Part shown: positions 33,136 to 36,509 of the stretch, piece after piece | Numbering within the stretch: the stretch's first letter is position 1 | Layout of the letters: each line of letters starts with the position of its first letter | Origin: Octopus bimaculoides | Lineage: Eukaryota | DNA: 36,509 bases | Direction: 5' to 3' | NCBI RefSeq assembly: GCF_001194135.2 | Contig: NC_068990.1 | Coordinates: forward strand, 29,965,539-30,002,047 | Position numbers and translations under genes: made by a program | The notes under the pieces: model-generated | Databases searched by the model: none | What the model was told of the DNA's origin: nothing | What the model saw: the letters and a program-made list of their open reading frames with translations, nothing else

Positions 33136-34218
33136 TATGTATATATATGCAGATATATACATGTGTGTGTGTCTATATATATANNNNNNNNNNNNNNNNN
33201 NNNNNNNNNNNNNNNNNNNNNNNNNNNNNNNNNNNNNNNNNNNNNNNNNNNNNNNNNNNNNNNNNNNNNNNNNNNNNNNNNNNNNNNNNNNNNNNNNNNN
33301 NNNNNNNNNNNNNNNNNNNNNNNNNNNNNNNNNNNNNNNNNNNNNNNNNNNNNNNNNNNNNNNNNNNNNNNNNNNNNNNNNNNNNNNNNNNNNNNNNNNN
33401 NNNNNNNNNNNNNNNNNNNNNNNNNNNNNNNNNNNNNNNNNNNNNNNNNNNNNNNNNNNNNNNNNNNNNNNNNNNNNNNNNNNNNNNNNNNNNNNNNNNN
33501 NNNNNNNNNNNNNNNNNNNNNNNNNNNNNNNNNNNNNNNNNNNNNNNNNNNNNNNNNNNNNNNNNNNNNNNNNNNNNNNNNNNNNNNNNNNNNNNNNNNN
33601 NNNNNNNNNNNNNNNNNNNNNNNNNNNNNNNNNNNNNNNNNNNNNNNNNNNNNNNNNNNNNNNNNNNNNNNNNNNNNNNNNNNNNNNNNNNNNNNNNNNN
33701 NNNNNNNNNNNNNNNNNNNNNNNNNNNNNNNNNNNNNNNNNNNNNNNNNNNNNNNNNNNNNNNNNNNNNNNNNNNNNNNNNNNNNNNNNNNNNNNNNNNN
33801 NNNNNNNNNNNNNNNNNNNNNNNNNNNNNNNNNNNNNNNNNNNNNNNNNNNNNNNNNNNNNNNNNNNNNNNNNNNNNNNNNNNNNNNNNNNNNNNNNNNN
33901 NNNNNNNNNNNNNNNNNNNNNNNNNNNNNNNNNNNNNNNNNNNNNNNNNNNNNNNNNNNNNNNNNNNNNNNNNNNNNNNNNNNNNNNNNNNNNNNNNNNN
34001 NNNNNNNNNNNNNNNNNNNNNNNNNNNNNNNNNNNNNNNNNNNNNNNNNNNNNNNNNNNNNNNNNNNNNNNNNNNNNNNGGAAGCATGTGACCATGCCGG
34101 TGTAAGGGGAAGAGAGAGAGAGAGTGGTAGAGGGAGAAACAAAGGGAGGAAGTAGAAGAATAGGTGAGCAACGAGAGGAAAAGAGAAAGAGAGGAAGTAC
34201 GAGGGGGGGAAAAGAGAT

Positions 34219-34428
34219 ACGTAGTAGTAACAGAGGAAGAACGAGAGGGGTAAAGCGAGATACGTAGTAGTAAAGAGGAAGAACGAGAGGGGGAAAAATG
34301 ATAGAGGAAGAGAAAGAGAAAGAGATAGAGTAGCGTCGGAAAATATAAAGTTACGAAAACTACTTACAAATTGGTGACGCTGCGTTCAGTCATGTAAAAA
34401 CAAATAGTAAATGAGTATATGCATATAT
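34219..34428 (-). repeat. Inverted copy of the dispersed repeat at 9205-9434
   Basis: Direct comparison of the two regions. Confidence 0.85.
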
Positions 34429-34843
34429 ATATATACACACAAACAAAAAAACACATACACTCACACAAAGAAATTAATACATTCTGAGCACTGCACACGT
34501 TCATGTAGTGCAACATTCTTACTATAACTTTCTTAAACACACACACATACATACACACATACATACCCACACATACATACACGCACACACACACACACAC
34601 AGTTGCACACATACACTCTTTCTCTCTCATACAACACCCAATCACAAACGCTAGTATTTCACTCACATTCCTCCCCCTCTCCCTCATACCACGACTTACA
34701 CTCCTACAGGCACTCTCACTTGCACATCTGATACATATATTACGTATGTATGAGTGGAGATAGACATTCTTGCAAGCAGAGGTAGACACATTTAGAAATT
34801 GCTTGAAGCAGACGACACTTTTGTTCTGATAGGTTTGTTCACC

Positions 34844-34986
34844 ATGGACTACGAAGAAGTGATTGGAACAATTGGAGGATGTGGACTTTATCAGAAACTG
34901 ATGTTAAGTTTCCTGTTCGCTTCAACCATTATGGATGGCTTACAAATTGGAAGCATGATATTTATTGTACCTGACTTAGATTACAG
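34844..34986 (+). CDS. SLC22: First coding exon of an SLC22-family gene (gene 2, 3'-partial): MDYEEVIGTIGGCGLYQKLMLSFLFASTIMDGLQIGSMIFIVPDLDY(R)
   Basis: accATGg start; typical SLC22 N-terminus (M-x-x-E-E-V...GG-x-G-x-YQ, then TM1, then P-x-x-x-x-R); AG/gtaagt donor; possible upstream acceptor AG at 34831-34832. Confidence 0.92.
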
Positions 34987-35984
34987 GTAAGTTTATAATA
35001 ATGATTTCTTCATATTATTTATTCGAGGTGGGTGGTTGAAATGGTGGTGCTTCAAAACAAAAATTCCCTGAAACAATTTTTTCCTTTGTTGCTTGTGGTT
35101 AAAAACCTTTCTTACTCCTCCACCACCATCATGGGTGTAAACTTTACACTTGATTTTATCGACCTATTCAGTTTATCCCTGCATATTCTCGGCCCATAAT
35201 TCCTGGAAGGGTCATTGGGGTAAAGTCCTCAGGTACCTCACCCATGCGGTCCTATCAGAAGCAACTTCCTGAATCTCTTTCCCACACACCTAGTTATAGA
35301 CTTGAAGAGGGAGGTTCAACAAGGAGATTCCCCTATAATTGGAGCCCTCTCTTTTGTCTCCCTTTTTAAAAACCCCTTCAGACATCAATAAATAAAATAC
35401 TAAGGATGTAGTGTCATTGATTTAATCAAGGGTACCCTCATCCCTCACTCCAGAATTCCTGATTTTTATATTTCTATCTTTTACTTGTTTCAATCATTGG
35501 ACTGCAGCCATTGGCTTTCAACCTTCTAGGGCCAAGTACAGGGATTTGAGACTTTCAACCATACCCATCCCCTAATCCCCAAATTTATGTGCCTTTTGTT
35601 AGAAACGATTATTATTTGGTTTGTGGATTCGCAGAATTGTTAGGGAACTGGACAAAATGACTTGTGGTATTTAGTTACAATTGTTTACATTCTGAGTTCA
35701 AATGCCATCAAAGTTACTTTTGCTTTTCACCCTTTATGGGGACCCTACCGCTTCATTTGGCAGGGACACAGCCCAACTTTCAATGACTAAAAATACAACC
35801 TTCCTCCTGAATGGGTTACCAGTCTACCTCAGGGATAACCTCTCCCACCAATTTATTACTGGTACTTATATTCAGCTGAGTAAACTGGAGCAACACGAAA
35901 GGAAACATTTTACACAAAACCATAATGTGCTCACTGGTCTAGGTAGTGAAACCACGACCTTGCAGTTTACAACACATTAACCAT

Positions 35985-36200
35985 TAGCTTGTGTCAGAAA
36001 AAATTCCTTATAGTACTTCTGGTTCTTTACATTATGGGTTCAAATCCCACAGTAATCTACGTTGTCTTTCACTCTTCAGGGGTCAACAATCGCTCTAGGG
36101 CTGATAATATAAAAGTACCATTCAAATATTATGGTTGATGTAATTGACAGTGCCCCGCCCCTCAAAATTGCCGGCCTTGTACCACAATTAGAAACGACTA
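35985..36200 (+). mobile_element. SINE family B copy
   Basis: B-box-like GGGTTCAAATCCC; 3' part shared with 19335-19540. Confidence 0.6.
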
Positions 36201-36344
36201 AGGATGGTCATCTGAAAGAGTGGTTGACCTTTTAGCATTTAAATCAGCCATATCCAGCCCAAATATCCAGCCTGGTTTATGTTCAAACTGGTCAGATCTG
36301 ACTTCTCACACCTGCCTTACAATGTCATTCAAGGCATATATAAT

Positions 36345-36509
36345 CAGCAGGCATAGCTGACTGGTAAGAAGATTGTTTCCCAACCACAAAGTTCTGGGTT
36401 CAGTCCCACTGCACATTGAGCAAATGGCTTCTGTTATAGCCTTAGGCCGATCAAAACCTTGTCAGGGGATTTCGAAATTGAAAAAAGTTTATTGTGTGTG
36501 TGTGTGTGT
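36345..36509 (+). mobile_element. SINE family A head running into (TG)n
   Basis: Matches 23025-23188. Confidence 0.7.

Overview
AT-rich, microsatellite- and transposon-dense animal genomic DNA with about 5.5 kb of N gaps. The repeat landscape suggests an octopus-like cephalopod, but that is an inference. The window carries most of one intron-rich SLC22-family (MFS organic cation/carnitine/anion) transporter gene on the + strand. Its visible coding exons are 4226-4448, 8124-8227, 11445-11599, <14698-14833, 17748-17974, 18802-18983, 21304-21461 and probably 25121-25259. An N-terminal SLC22 exon at 34844-34986 indicates a tandem paralog or a mis-ordered scaffold. Introns and spacer contain decayed mariner, maT, pogo, RTE-LINE, Helitron and SINE pieces. 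Three observations stand out. (1) A 28S rRNA fragment in an intron begins exactly at the R2 retrotransposon insertion site, is preceded by about 190 bp of non-rRNA sequence (candidate R2 3' end), and is joined head-to-head to an RTE LINE. (2) Fold-back elements carry Penelope-type minimal hammerhead ribozyme cores. (3) Complementary (CAT)n and (GAT)n tracts bracket the last SLC22 intron, whose splicing would decide the C-terminus. Most entries in the ORF track are microsatellite or N-gap artefacts.
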